Source: Octopus sinensis
Taxonomy: Eukaryota
NCBI RefSeq assembly: GCF_006345805.1
Contig: NC_043019.1
Coordinates: 23,497,360-23,561,359, forward strand
Length of the DNA: 64,000 nt
Reading direction: 5' to 3'
Shown here: in pieces, positions 1 to 12,090 of the stretch
Numbering within the stretch: the stretch's first letter is position 1
How the letters are laid out: the number at the start of each line of letters is the position of its first letter
Made by a program: the position numbers and the translations under genes
The notes under the pieces: generated by a model
Database searches by the model: none
Told to the model about the DNA's origin: nothing
Seen by the model: the letters and a program-made list of their open reading frames with translations, nothing else

Positions 1-20
1 ATATACATGTATATATTTAT

Positions 21-652
21 GTGTACATCTCTGTGTTTGTCCCCACTGCCATTTGATTGACAACCAATGCTGGTGTGTTTATGTTCCCATAACAAAGCAG
101 TTCAGCAAAAGAGACTGACAGAATAAGTACTAGGCTTTCAAAGAATAAGTTGATTTCTTCAACTAAAACTCTTTCAGGCAGTGCTCCAGCATGGGTGTAG
201 TCAAATGACTGAAACACATAAAAGAATAAAAGAATATAGGAGTGGCTGTGTGTAAGTAGCTTGCTTACCAACCACATGGTTCCAGGTTCAGTCCCACTGT
301 GTGGCACCTTGTGTGGCACTGTGTGGAAAATGTCTTCTACTATAGCCTCGGGCCAACCAAAGCCTTGTGAGTGGATTTGGTAGGAGGAAACTGAAAGAAG
401 CCCGTCATATATGTGTATATATATGTATGTGTGTATATGTTTGTGTGTCTGTGTTTGTCCCCCCAATATCGCTTGACAACCAATGCTGGTGTATTTACAT
501 GTCCGTAACTTAGCAGTTTGGCAAAAGAGACCAATAGAATAAGTATTAGACTTACAAAGAATAAGTCCTGGGGTTGATTTCCTCGACTATAGGCGATGCT
601 CCAGCATGGCCACAGTCAAATGAACTGAAACAAGTAAAAGAAAGAAAGAAAA

Positions 653-655
<3 letters not shown>
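21..655 (+). mobile_element. SINE family A: 3' half (21-235) + near-full copy (239-655) in tandem
   Basis: tRNA-like head GGAGTGGCTGTGTG...GGTTCAGTCCC, central TG/TA tract, tail CCAGCATGGCC...GACTGAAACAAGTAAAAGA. Confidence 0.85.
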
Positions 656-686
<31 letters not shown>

Positions 687-712
687 GAATAATAAAAAGA
701 AAGTTCTTGGTA

Positions 713-779
713 CAGTGTTATGTATATTTGAAAATATAAAAGAATTTTGACATGTATGAATATTTATTTCCCCCCACTG
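713..779. mobile_element. Tiny Tc1-like remnant
   Basis: TA-CAGTG...TATTTATTTCCCCCACTG-TA; right end resembles Tc1 TIRs (CAGTGGGGGAAATAA), TA on both sides. Confidence 0.35.
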
Positions 780-847
780 TATATATATATATATATAAAT
801 ATAACTTTTTAACTTTACAACTTATGTCACTTTACAGTTTAACATTT

Positions 848-2495
848 TTTAATTACAGATTGCTTAAGGATGTCCCCGGGGTGGCAACCACTGTGGACTG
901 TTGGTCAGCCCACAACAGGTCCTACCTGGGAATGATGGCACATTGGCTGAACCCCAAGACCTGCATGAGACAATACACCATCCTGGCCTGCTCTTGGCTC
1001 AGAGGACATCACATCTTTGATTTCTCACCCAGGCTATGGTGGACATCCAATACAAGTTCTATCTGCAAGACAAGGTGTCCAGGACTATGACAGACAACAG
1101 CAAAAACTTTGTTAAGGTATTTATTCAGTTTGGTACAGAAGTTGGACTCTTGCCAGACATTCCTGAGGCTGTTGCTGATCCAGACGTAGAAGGCATCAAG
1201 GATGTGGACCTGGACGTGGATAAAGTTGAGTACATCTCTGTTGATGCCATCTTTTATGAAACCAGTGGTCTGGGCCTAAACCTACCAGTGCACATGAAGT
1301 ACGCAGCCCATACCTGCAGCTCGGTAGCCAGTGTGGATGCCGACAAGACTCTTGACAAGTCAGCCTTCAGGAAGGCCATGTCCAAGGCACAGTGGCTGTG
1401 GAATCTGCAGAGCCACAGCACAGTGGCAGCAAAGAGTATTCTGGATGCATTGAAGAGGAGGCTGGTGGTCCCCAACAGTACAAGATGGAACTCTACCTAT
1501 GACTATGTTGTTCAACAACCTACTGGAGAAGAATAAAAGAGCTGTCCACAGGTTAATGACACGGCTGAAGCTGCAGGCCTTCACTAATGCTGATGTCGAT
1601 TTCCTAATGGAGTATACCCGGGTGATGTCTAATGTGTCCAAGACCTTGGATAAAATGGTGTGGAAGGACCAGGCCTATCTTGGGAGCTTTCTGCCAACTG
1701 TAGTGGCTGCTATCATGAAGTTGAAGGAGGATAAGTTCAAACATCTCTTGTACTGCAGTCCTCTGGTAGATGTGATACTAGCAGGCATCACAAAAAGCTC
1801 AGGGCTCCTCCTAGAAGACCTAGAGTGCCAGCTGCCTGCTGCCTTCCAACCCAATTTTCACCTGTTCTGATTGGAACAGTAAAATAACAGCCAGGTTAGC
1901 AAAGCAATGGATGCCATGGAGACTGTCGTAGAGACAGCCCTAATGGAGACCAATGAAGAGGGCAGCAGCAGCACCACCACCAGCAATGAGGATGAGGAGG
2001 AGGATTTTTTCAGCAACATCACTTGGTTCTGGGAGAGCAGGAGCCACAAGTCACTCTGAAATCCAAGGCACAGAACTTGGTGAAAAGCTGGCTGGAGGCC
2101 ATCTCAATGGAGGTCCTGACTGAAGTTGCCTTTTTGTGTGAGCAGGTCTTGATTGACCTGTTTACCAAGTATAACACTGCCACCCCATCCAGTTCTGCAG
2201 TTGAACGCCTATTCTCTATGGACAAAGATATTTTGAAGGCATTTTTGGAGAGCTCTGTATCTAAGCTACAACATGAAAATTTTACACTTTAGGTCTGTTT
2301 TTAAGGGTTTTAGAGCCAAAAAAACCCAAACCAAAACTAAATTTATATGATAAAAGTTAGCAGTTATCGGTTAGAATTAGCTTCCACTAATTTTTTTACC
2401 TGTTTAGCGGTTTAGTATTTGCAAAGCTAACTTTTTTTAGTTAGCAGATTAGCTGTAAGTGAAGCTAACTTTTTGGTTAGCTGTGCCCACCACTG
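848..2495 (+). mobile_element. Degenerate hAT DNA transposon (frameshifted transposase) with right TIR
   Basis: ORFs 752-2292 give TTVDCWSAHNRSYLG (catalytic D), STRWNST, and PSSSAVERLFS (hATC dimerisation); end GTGCCCACCACTG at 2483-2495. Confidence 0.85.
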
Positions 2496-2869
2496 CTCAT
2501 TTGCATATCAAACATTTACTGGCGAAATGAATGAATTGCTCAAAAAGAAACGGTTGAGTGTATAAATTGAGATTTAGTTCACATAAGTGTGTTTAATAAA
2601 TACACATTCAGGTGCATGTGGTCTTGGGTTCAATCCCATTGCGCAGCAACTTGGGTAGGTGCCTTCTATTATAGTTCCAGGCTAACTGGTTTTGCTTGTG
2701 TGTGTATGCGTGTATGTATGTGTGTGTGTGTGTGTGTTTCCAAGATGTTTGGACTAAATTTGATAGTTTGCATAAAAGGAAAAGAAAGCATATTTCATTC
2801 AAAAATAAAAACTATTAAAAAAAAAAATCAAAAAATTATCAACTAGATTATGGCTGGAAGATAACAGCT

Positions 2870-3230
2870 TACTCAAAGTAGCCACCCTCAGCTTTCCAAA
2901 TTTGGGATTGGCCACATTCTCCAGGAACTTCACATAGCCATCAGCACTGAGACTAAGGTCTTGTCCAAAGATATGGGGATGAATTCCAGTGTGGGGACAC
3001 AGTCAAAATATCTGCTGTGTCCCTTCCTTTGTTGTCTCCAATACACCTGTCCATGTCATGTCTTTCAGCCTTCACAGTGTTCACAGAATTGAGCAGCGGT
3101 CATTATGTCGACATTTTGATAGCTGGAGTAAATCTTCAGATGGCTTCCAGTTCTCCATGTCAATACAACTTTAATTTTTATGCTCTCTAATATCTTCAGC
3201 TATTCACCAGTACATGAAGCTGTTCTTGAA
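2870..3230 (-). mobile_element. Degenerate Tc1/mariner-superfamily (maT-like) transposase fragment
   Basis: Minus frame reads PHIFGQDLSLSADGYVKFLENV, like the PxFFxxGLxLNxxxYxxxLxxVV region between the DDD residues. Confidence 0.35.
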
Positions 3231-3301
3231 AAAAAAAAACAAAAGCCATAAAACATCATGAAATTTAGCCTGAACACCCTGTATATATATATATATATAT
3301 G

Positions 3302-3494
3302 TATATAAAATATGAATTAGAGATAAAACCACTATTATGCAACTCAAACAGTGATAGACATAAGCCAATACATAAATAACAAATAATATATATAATATGT
3401 AATATATATATACTATTTGTTATTTATGTTTTGGTTTATGTCTATCACTGAGTTGCATAATAGTGGTTTTTATCTCTAATTCATATTTTATATA
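3302..3494. repeat. Foldback palindrome / MITE-like
   Basis: ~85-bp near-perfect inverted arms (AAATATGAATTAGAGATAAAACCACTATTATGCAACTC...) around a TA-rich loop. Confidence 0.8.
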
Positions 3495-3567
3495 TTTATA
3501 CTATGAAATTTGATTTAGTACTAAATTGAATTTTTCCCTGTAAGTTTGGAGTTATACTCCCTAATAT

Positions 3568-3681
<114 letters not shown>

Positions 3682-4096
3682 AAATTCCTTCTGTGTGTAT
3701 GTGTGTGTGTGTCTTCTAGGATCTCGGGCATCCTCCATCCGATTGTGCTCAGATTTGATATGTAGATAACGACGGTATCAGGGCGTGTATAAGTCTTGGA
3801 AAAATTACAAAAATTGATTCCAGATGAGAATGCGATCGATAAAGCCATGAGACCGTGCATTTGTAAAATCATTTTTCTTGGAATAGCAAAAAAGTCTATC
3901 TTTATTTCTTCTTTTGCTGGTGCCTCAAATTTAGGTTAAATCAGTGTTTCTCAAAGGGAAGGCCTATGGGACAGTCGGACAAGTTGTTTCGAGAAAATTT
4001 GGTTTAAATGTTTGACAACTCAGCACCGTCCATTGGACGGAGGTGGGGGGCGTTTTGCTCATATATATATATATATATATATGTGTGTAATGTATT

Positions 4097-4687
4097 TATA
4101 TATATATAAATATTGTGTGTAATATCAGATTTTTCTGTGATGTGATTAGCATGGTGCACCATTGATCAGGTGTCAGAAGATGTGGCATCCACCAAGCAGA
4201 AATCTTTGCCATACCAAGTTCATTGTGTAGAATATTCTCAATTCTCTCGCAGGATATGCTAATAGCTTTGGCTATTTGATTTATAGTCAATCACATGCCA
4301 TCCACCACCATGTCATGAACACAATTAATGTTTTCTCCAGTGGTGGCAGTTGCAAAATGTCCAGACCTTGGGTCATCTTCAAGACTTTCCCTTTCCCTCC
4401 TAAATTCTGCTGCCCATTTTTACACTGTTGATAAAGCTGGAGCGTCATCCCCTAATGTAGAAAGTATGTAAGCATGAATGTCCTTGGGAGCTAAACCCTT
4501 TTCCTACAAATACTTAATAACACTAGGATGCCTAATTTTGTCCATTTTCAAGGGAGTTTGCAACTGGTTACTTTTGCAATCTTCTTTGAACAGCTGCCTG
4601 GAAAGAAACAAGGCAGTTATTAAAAAGACCTTAAATTTATCTGTCACTCTTTCATAGTGAGCCTATAATCTTTTCAGCCCACTCTTG
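4097..4687 (-). mobile_element. Mariner transposon 5' fragment
   Basis: TINQIAKAISIS...ILHNELGMAKISAWWMPHLLT (HTH + WVPHEL motif); TIR-like end TTTTCAGCCCACTCTTG followed by TA at 4688. Confidence 0.75.
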
Positions 4688-5193
4688 TATATATGGGGTG
4701 ATAAAGTTGTGTCCTTGAGAAGCACATCTGCACATTCCAGTACAAATGTATGTATATATTTTTATGGATAGAAGATCTCATACATGTTTTGTATATGTAT
4801 ATACTTACTATGAATTTATAATACTTATGCTATTATTATGAATATTAATATTTATATTCATACCATATTTCTTATACTGTAATGAAATGTATAATTTTGT
4901 ATCAAAAATATACTAAAGTTTCTGGTCTTTACACACACACACACACACACACGTGCACACACATGTCAGCCAGTTGTCCATGAGTCAGAAAATAAGCACA
5001 TGCACTCTAAAAGAAATTTTGAGTAGATATATTTCCTTATGAAAATATGACACTCTAATTAAACTTAAAGAAAGGTTTTATCATATCTTTCACAACCAAC
5101 AATTGCTTGTCTCAACTCTGTTTCCAATGTCAGTTCACACATAAGTTCCAAGTGAAAATTAATGCAATATTTGCAGTTTGAAACAACAGACCG

Positions 5194-5396
5194 GCCCTCG
5201 TGCCGGTGGCACGTAAAAAGCACCCACTACACTCTCGGAGTGGTTGGCATTAGGAAGGGCATCCAACTGTAGAAACATTGCCAGATTGGATTGGAGCTTG
5301 GTGCAGCCTTCTGGCTTGCCAGCCCTCAGTCAATCCGTCTGACTCATGCCAGCATGGAAAGCGGATGTTAAACGATGATGATGATGATGATGATGA
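5194..5396 (+). mobile_element. Retroposon family B with (GAT)n tail
   Basis: GGCACGTAAAAAGCACCC...TAGGAAGGGCATCCA...TAAACGATGATGAT. Other copies near 11383(-), 12570(+), 13490(-), 18490(-), 20027(-), 40905(+), 46490(+), 47281(-), 51601(-), 54432(-), 56140(+), 57515(+). Confidence 0.85.
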
Positions 5397-5464
5397 TATA
5401 TAACATATAGATGTATACATCATTTAGAACATTATCATCTTTTTGCTGATGTATTTTAAAATTA

Positions 5465-6266
5465 TAACCTGGGGACAGAGGGTAAGACCATCTGGTCTTT
5501 TTCCATCACATGATTTCATAGCATTTCTAGAGTGTGTTCCAGTTTTAAATCATGCTCTATGATCAAGCTTATTGTCAAAGGAAATTTGAAAAAAATTTTT
5601 GCTGATATATTTTAAACATTATCATGATTTTGCTGATATATTTTAAGATTAACATAAACATTTATTTACATGAAAGAAAATTATTGGAGAACTTTCATCT
5701 AATTCTTCCAAATTCTTCTGTTAAAACTGTATTGAAACCATTTGTGGGGATTTTCTTTCATCACAGCAACTGGCCGCACAGCACAAGGTTTGACAGAACC
5801 TACTGAAGCAAGCCAGCATGCTCGTAGCATTACAATGGGTAGTTGCAAGGCTAAGGCATTGAGAAAGCCAAGCGCCTTCGGGAGCATCACTCGACACCTT
5901 GGTGAGGCAAGCGGACAACATTGATAAGAACTTCGCAGTTAGTGGCCCAGTCCCTCCAAACATCTCAAATGCCACAGGTTCGAAGAGATAGTTCACTGTC
6001 AGGTCCTGATACTTCAGGGTTTTCTTCTTTTTGGCTATGGAAGCTGTGACCCTGCCATTAACTGCAGCATCCATGATGTGGGAAGGAGCAAAGGAGTTGC
6101 AGACTGTGGCAGCCCAGATGAAGCACCGACCTCTAACCTGGGGACAGAGGGTAAGACCATTTGGTCTTTTCCATCACATGATTTCATAGCATTTCTAGAG
6201 TGTGTTCCAGTTTTAAATCATGCTCTATGATCAAGCTTATTGTCAAAAGAAATTTGAAAAAAATTT
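5465..6266 (+). repeat. ~134-bp direct repeat pair (5465-5598, 6134-6266) flanking the CRE fragment
   Basis: The two copies differ by 2 substitutions and 1 indel. Confidence 0.95.
5599..6133 (-). mobile_element. 5'-truncated CRE-clade non-LTR retrotransposon (restriction-like endonuclease C-terminus + 3'UTR)
   Basis: GRCFIWAATVCNSFAPSH...KTLKYQDL...FEPVAFEMFG...LSQCLSLATTHCNA matches CRE/R2-group RLE motifs (WDxT, KxxKY, PxAxE, LSxAxQxGNA). Confidence 0.75.
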
Positions 6267-6347
6267 ATATTTTTTCCTGAAGTGACTTTGCAAGTAATTC
6301 TGTAGTTGAATGAATTGATCTCTGTACTTTTTAAAATTTTATTTAAA

Positions 6348-6632
6348 GCCTGGTACTTATTCTATCAGTCTCTTTTGCTGAACTGCAAAGTTACAGGGAC
6401 GTAACTACACCAGTACTGGCTGTCAAGCAGTGGTTGGGGTAGGGAGCACACACACACACATATATATATATATACGACGGGCTTCTTTCAGTTTCTACCA
6501 AATCCACTCATAAGGCTTTGGTCAAACTATAGGAAAAAAAAAACCAGTTATTTAAGGTGCCACGTAGTGGGACTGAACCTGAAACCATGTAGTTGGGAAG
6601 CAAACTTCTTACCACAGAGCCATGCCTGCATC
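6348..6632 (-). mobile_element. SINE family A copy
   Basis: Reverse complement of the same head and body. Confidence 0.8.
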
Positions 6633-7433
6633 TGTGTTTAAATCAAATGCCGAAGTGAATTAAAATGTATTTTAAGCCCCCATCCCAACGAATTTCCGAA
6701 ATTGCTGGCCTTGTGCCACCAAAATCTGAAACCCAAATAAATACGAAACGATCAGTGTGAGGGGGGGGGGGGACAAAGAAAAGTTAACGAAACGGTGGAA
6801 AAATGTGACGAGATTTGGTCAGGGACGAGGGTCAACGTCGTGACGCCTGGCGATGATATCTCGTACAAAGCTGAGATAACTCTTGCTTGCCCTAATCCAA
6901 CCAGTTCTGTCTGTGTGTCGTGTTTCATTCATCATATGCATTAGATGCACACACACTCACAACATAAGACAGATAAATATATCTACATCTCTATATACAC
7001 ACATGCACCAATATTTCCATGATGACGCTTTCTCGAAGGTTAGTTCAATATACATATATATATATGTGTGTGTGTATATATATAATTCCAGAGTGATATC
7101 TTTGTTGAATGTCCCCGTGTAATGTAATCCTACCTCATGTTTACCCCGCCGATACTTGCCACCTCCGTTATTTAACCCCCCACATCAAGACAGACGAGCG
7201 ACCCCCCTCTTATATCGTTCTTCTTACTTCATAATTTGTTTTGTAACTCCCTTGACTTCCTTTACAGTCACTAAACAACCATCAAGACAACGGATGTACG
7301 ACATATATTTCTTTAATGTATATGTTTGATTCACACACAAGACAAGGCTTCGTTGATCAAATCACGATAACTGTAGCAGTGTTCTTTGTTTTGTTGTATA
7401 TATTTACACATATATACACTCACACACAGCTAC

Positions 7434-7477
<44 letters not shown>

Positions 7478-7759
7478 GTCCTTATATGTGAATAATATAC
7501 GTACATCTATCTATTGTTGTGCTTCAGAAATATATATATACGAACCCTAATGTAGTCGTGATCACAGATTTAAACCAGCACAAATAACCTTCCTTTTTTT
7601 TAATTTTTATTTTTTTTGTTGATTGTTTTGTTTTAGATCGAAGAGTCCAGCCAATTTCCTCATCACCTCCTCTTTTGTCCGGCTTAAAAGAAATTGAAAC
7701 TTGCCAGTGATAGGGAAATCCGCTCCTGCCTTTCCCACCAAAATTGTGGCGTGTTTGAG

Positions 7760-8268
7760 TGTGTGTGTATATATATGTGTATGTATGTATATATGTATGT
7801 ATATGTGTATATATATGTATATGTAATGTATGTATATATATATATATATATATGTAATATATGTATATGTATATATATATATATGTGTATTATATGTGTA
7901 TGTATATATATATATATGTGTGTATATATATATGTATATATATGTGTATATGTATGTATATATATGTGTATATGTATGTATATATATGTGTATATGTATG
8001 TATATATATGTGTATATGTATGTATATATATGTGTATATATATGTATGTATATATGTCTATATGTATGTATATATGTATATATGTGTATATGTATGTATA
8101 TATATGTGTATATGTATGTATATATATGTGTATATATATGTATGTATATATGTGTATATGTATATATATGTGTATATATGTGTATATGTATATATATGTG
8201 TATATGTATATATGTGTATATGTATATATATGTGTATATATATGTATGTATATATGTATATATATGTG

Positions 8269-8301
<33 letters not shown>

Positions 8302-8924
8302 GTATATATATGTGTATATATGTATGTATATATATGTGTATGTATGTATGTATATATATGTGTATGTATGTATGTATATATATATGTGTATGTATGTATA
8401 TATATATGTGTATGTATGTATATATATGTGTATGTATGTATATATATGTGTATGTATGTATATATATATGTATGTATATATATGTGTATGTATGTATATA
8501 TATATGTATGTATATATATGTGTATGTATGTATATATATATGTTATATATGTGTATGTATATATATATGTGTATATATATGTATGTTATATATATATGTG
8601 TATATATATGTATGTATATATGTGTATATATATATATATATATGTATGTATATTATGTGTATATGTATGTATATGTGTGTATATATATGTATATATATAT
8701 TGTGTATGTATATATGTGTGTATATATATGTATGTATATATGTGTGTATATATGTATGTATATATGTGTATATATATGTATGTATATATGTGTATATATG
8801 TATATATATATATGTGTATATGTATATATATATATGTATATATATGTATATATGTATGTATATATTATATATATGTATATATTATGTATGTATTATATAT
8901 ATATATATATATATGTGTGTATGT
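7760..8924. repeat. 1.16-kb alternating TA/TG compound satellite
   Basis: Nearly pure purine-pyrimidine alternation with 18-22-bp higher-order units (e.g. GTATATATATGTGTATATGTAT). Confidence 0.98.
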
Positions 8925-8940
8925 CAGCTGCGAGGGAAAA

Positions 8941-8975
8941 ATGGTCAGAAAGCAACTTGAACCCGAGAACAAGGG
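8941..8975 (+). CDS. CWC22: Putative CWC22 first coding exon ([12 protein letters not shown])
   Basis: GAAAAATGG start context; donor GG|GTAAAC ends in phase 2 and joins in frame to the acceptor at 20843; lies in the CpG-retaining zone. The big exon has no in-frame ATG for its first ~170 codons. Confidence 0.5.
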
Positions 8976-10493
8976 GTAAACATGGGTCTAAGTTTGCTGG
9001 GGTTATTATTATTTCTTTAGAAGACATTTTCGTTCAGTATATTGCTGTGGAAAAGACATCCCGATATATGTATGTATATGTGTGCAGTGTTGTGTAAATG
9101 TGTTGTTGAAAAAGATATACCAATTCGCACATCCATATTATAAATATGGCTAATTATATATACATATATGTATATATATATATCTATCTATATATATATA
9201 CACACACACATTTAGACGGTAATGTTTTTATGTAGTAAAGGGGCCATAAAATGGGGGTTCAGTTTGTTACTTCCGTATATCGTGCAACCCATCCCCGATT
9301 ATTTGTCTGGATATTCACATGCTGTCCTTTACACGCACATGTACAGGCGAACCCCACACACAGTACATATATATATATCTGTATTTGTATATATTTAATT
9401 TTACCACTGTTATATATGTGATCTGGTCTGTGTATACATGTTCACTTTTTTTGTCACATGAGCTCTATATTTCTTCTCTCTGTTATTTATATAATGTAAG
9501 GATATAAAAGTGTTTAGATACGTAAATAATATATTTCTCTCGCCTCCCCCCCTTCGAAATTATCTGCTCCTGTTATGAGAAGGTTAAAATTAACCATGTA
9601 AATAAAGATGTCTGTCTGTATGCATGTATGTACAAGTAGATGTATATATATATAGCCTCTTCCTCGTCTGTTTTATTCATTATATAAAATATATTTGTCA
9701 TATATATATATATGTATATATATAATGTGTATATGAGTGAGATGTGGTAGATTCGTCTATTTCAAAACTAAGCCTTCGTTTCGTCCCCACTGAGTGTTTT
9801 GACGTTCTTCATGGCGATATATAAGTATTATGCCATCAGGGGCACCTCGCACACACACACACAACCCCCTCCCCGCAATTATACATGTTTGTGGGAATCG
9901 ACACAGGGTAGATTGGAGGACCCTGCTTCTAAATACAGAATCTGATAGTTTTTTTCTGTTTTTCTTTTTTTCTTTTTGAGGAAACTCTTAGATTAATTAC
10001 GAGCGTGCTGCGGTAATTCTCTCTCTTTTTTTTAGACCGAGATTATAAATAGCCATATTACGGATAATTATTAATTTACCAATCACGTTTTAATTAAACA
10101 ACTGCAAAATAAAAATTACAGCTTGTTTGAATCACGTTTTTCTCTTTCCCTTTTGTCGTTCTTTATACATTTCCGGTTGTGTAGAAGTGTCTCACCAGAT
10201 ATTATAGGGTCGAGCAAACTTTGCACTCGAATGCTGAGAAATAGTAACTAAATCTTCCTCAAATCATGGCCTAACGCCTCTTTACACATTTACTTATTTA
10301 AAGGAAAGTCCTATGGGAAACAATCTTTATATTTATTTGCTCACTCCACACTGACCTGGTGCTTAACGATATTTTTGCTATTCGTAATGGCGACCATTTC
10401 AAAAGATATATATATATTTTAGTATATTAACTAATTCTTTTAATTCTGCACAATGACCAATCACCTTGATCGATCTTAAATACTTGTTGCTAA

Positions 10494-10712
10494 GGCGGCG
10501 AGCTGGCAGAATCGTTAAGCACGCCAGGCAAAATGCATAGCCGATATTTCGTCCGTCTTTACGTTCTGCGTTCAAATTCCACCGAAGTCGACATTACCGT
10601 CCATACTTTCGAAGTCGATAAAATAAGTACCAGTTGAATACTGGGCATATGTAATCGACCCACTCCGAAATTGCTGACCTTTTCCAAAAATTCGAAATCA
10701 ATATTTGTTGTT
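10494..10712 (+). mobile_element. tRNA-derived SINE family C
   Basis: GGCGGCGAGCTGGCAGAATCGTTA...GTTCAAATTCC...GTCGATAAAATAAGTACCAG. Further copies at 14079, 33474, 48550, 63360. Confidence 0.8.
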
Positions 10713-11749
10713 GCTAATCCCCGGTTCCAGTTATGATGAGCTCGTGTTTTTTCAAGCATACTATATCGAGGAGATTTGGCTGCTATTTCTTGTTGTGTTA
10801 AGAATCATGTAGTAAGAAAAGTATTTAGTCTGTTCTCTGATTTGATGAGAATTAGTCTCTATTGTATTGATCTGGATCAAAGAACGACAGACAGTCTTGG
10901 GAGACCAAGACTGACTAAAGGAAATTTATATGATCTTGTGTGTGATATAATGAGATGAAAAAGCTTCAACTTACTGAGATTATCCATGCATTTAATAAAT
11001 AAAATCCATCTCTATGGTGTCGAAAATGTAATAACAGGCAAGAGAGGTAACAATTAATTGAAATTTTTGGAAAATATAGAAAAAGCAGTTTGTCAATGAC
11101 TGGTTTTAGGTGATGAATCGGCAAAGGCAAAACGTGTTTCAGTTTTATTACATCTCTTCAGTGAAGTATATTGTACAATGCTGAGTGTGATAAATATATG
11201 TGTGTGTGTGTAGGCATGGCTATGGTTAAGAAGTTGGCTTTGGAATCTTAAAGTCAGAGGTTCAGTTCCATTGTGTGGAGGCTGTCAATTGGCATCTATT
11301 ATAACTGAGTCGAGCAATATCTTGAGTGTGAAATTGTTAGAGGAAACAGAAGCCTGTCCTGTATGTGTGTGTGTGTCATCATCATCATCATCGTTTAACA
11401 TCCACCTTCCATGCTAGCATGGGTGGGATGGTTTGACAAGAGCCAACCAGGAAGAAACCTGCACCAGACTTCTGTGACTGATTTGGTAGGATTTTTACAG
11501 CTGGATACCCTTCCTAGTATTAACTATTCAACTGAGTGGACTTTGTGCTTTTTATGTGGCACAAGCACAGACGAGGTCAGTTTTGGCAAGGTTTTTACAG
11601 CTGGATGCCCTTCCAAATGCCAACCACTTTACAGTGTGGACTGGGTGCTTTTAAGTGGCACCTGTAGTGACAAGGTCACCAAGTACTTGTAAGACAAAAA
11701 AACACATCCATTATTATAACAATGACCAAAAGCATCATATAGGAGGAGA

Positions 11750-12090
11750 TGAGTCACAGTGCATCCAGCTGTGGCTAAACAGGCCAATGCATGCTCAGAA
11801 GGTTCTGGCACTGGTGATCTGGGAATGAAGGCAAGGAGTTGGTTCTGGATTTGTGTAGCTCATGTTTTCTTTGTGCTCCTGTTCATAAGCAGCGCCTTTG
11901 TTGGTGCAGGTATGTCAGGTAGGGTGGTCCTTGCTTGTGTGTGTGTGCGTGTGTTCATATTTCCTTTCATCTTCATGCATATTCACTGATTGTAGACAAG
12001 AGACCTATTCAGATGCTGTCATTTGTTCTCCACATAACCACGTCTGGGCTGTTTGATAGAGTGGAAGATTATTACCTTATGGTTCAAATG
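11750..12090 (-). mobile_element. Degenerate RTE-clade LINE ORF end
   Basis: Minus frame KGAAYEQ...PEPTPCLH...RTF*ACIGLFSHSWMH resembles the RTE C-terminal C-x2-C...RIGLxSH motif. Confidence 0.4.

Larger units (their letters stand above)
6700..10900. promoter_or_regulatory. CpG-retaining promoter-like zone upstream of CWC22
   Basis: Many CG dinucleotides on both sides of the satellite; ETS-like TTTCCGG near 10170; contains the candidate first exon. Confidence 0.5.

Noticed and set aside
3715-4060. CpG-retaining block with a short ORF
   Set aside because: No recognisable motif or termini; probably a DNA-transposon remnant but not classifiable.
7694-9097. Three long overlapping ORFs (467, 376, 372 aa)
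   Set aside because: They translate the TA/TG satellite; alternating purine-pyrimidine DNA cannot form stop codons.
9770-9826. Possible third hammerhead motif (minus strand GCC-ATGAAGA-AC-GTC...GAC-GAAAC-GAA-GGC)
   Set aside because: Both C3 and U16.1 are wrong and there is extra spacing; too degenerate to support.
10733-10845. C/D snoRNA-like ATGATGA...CTGA
   Set aside because: No convincing terminal stem; overlaps a dispersed repeat.
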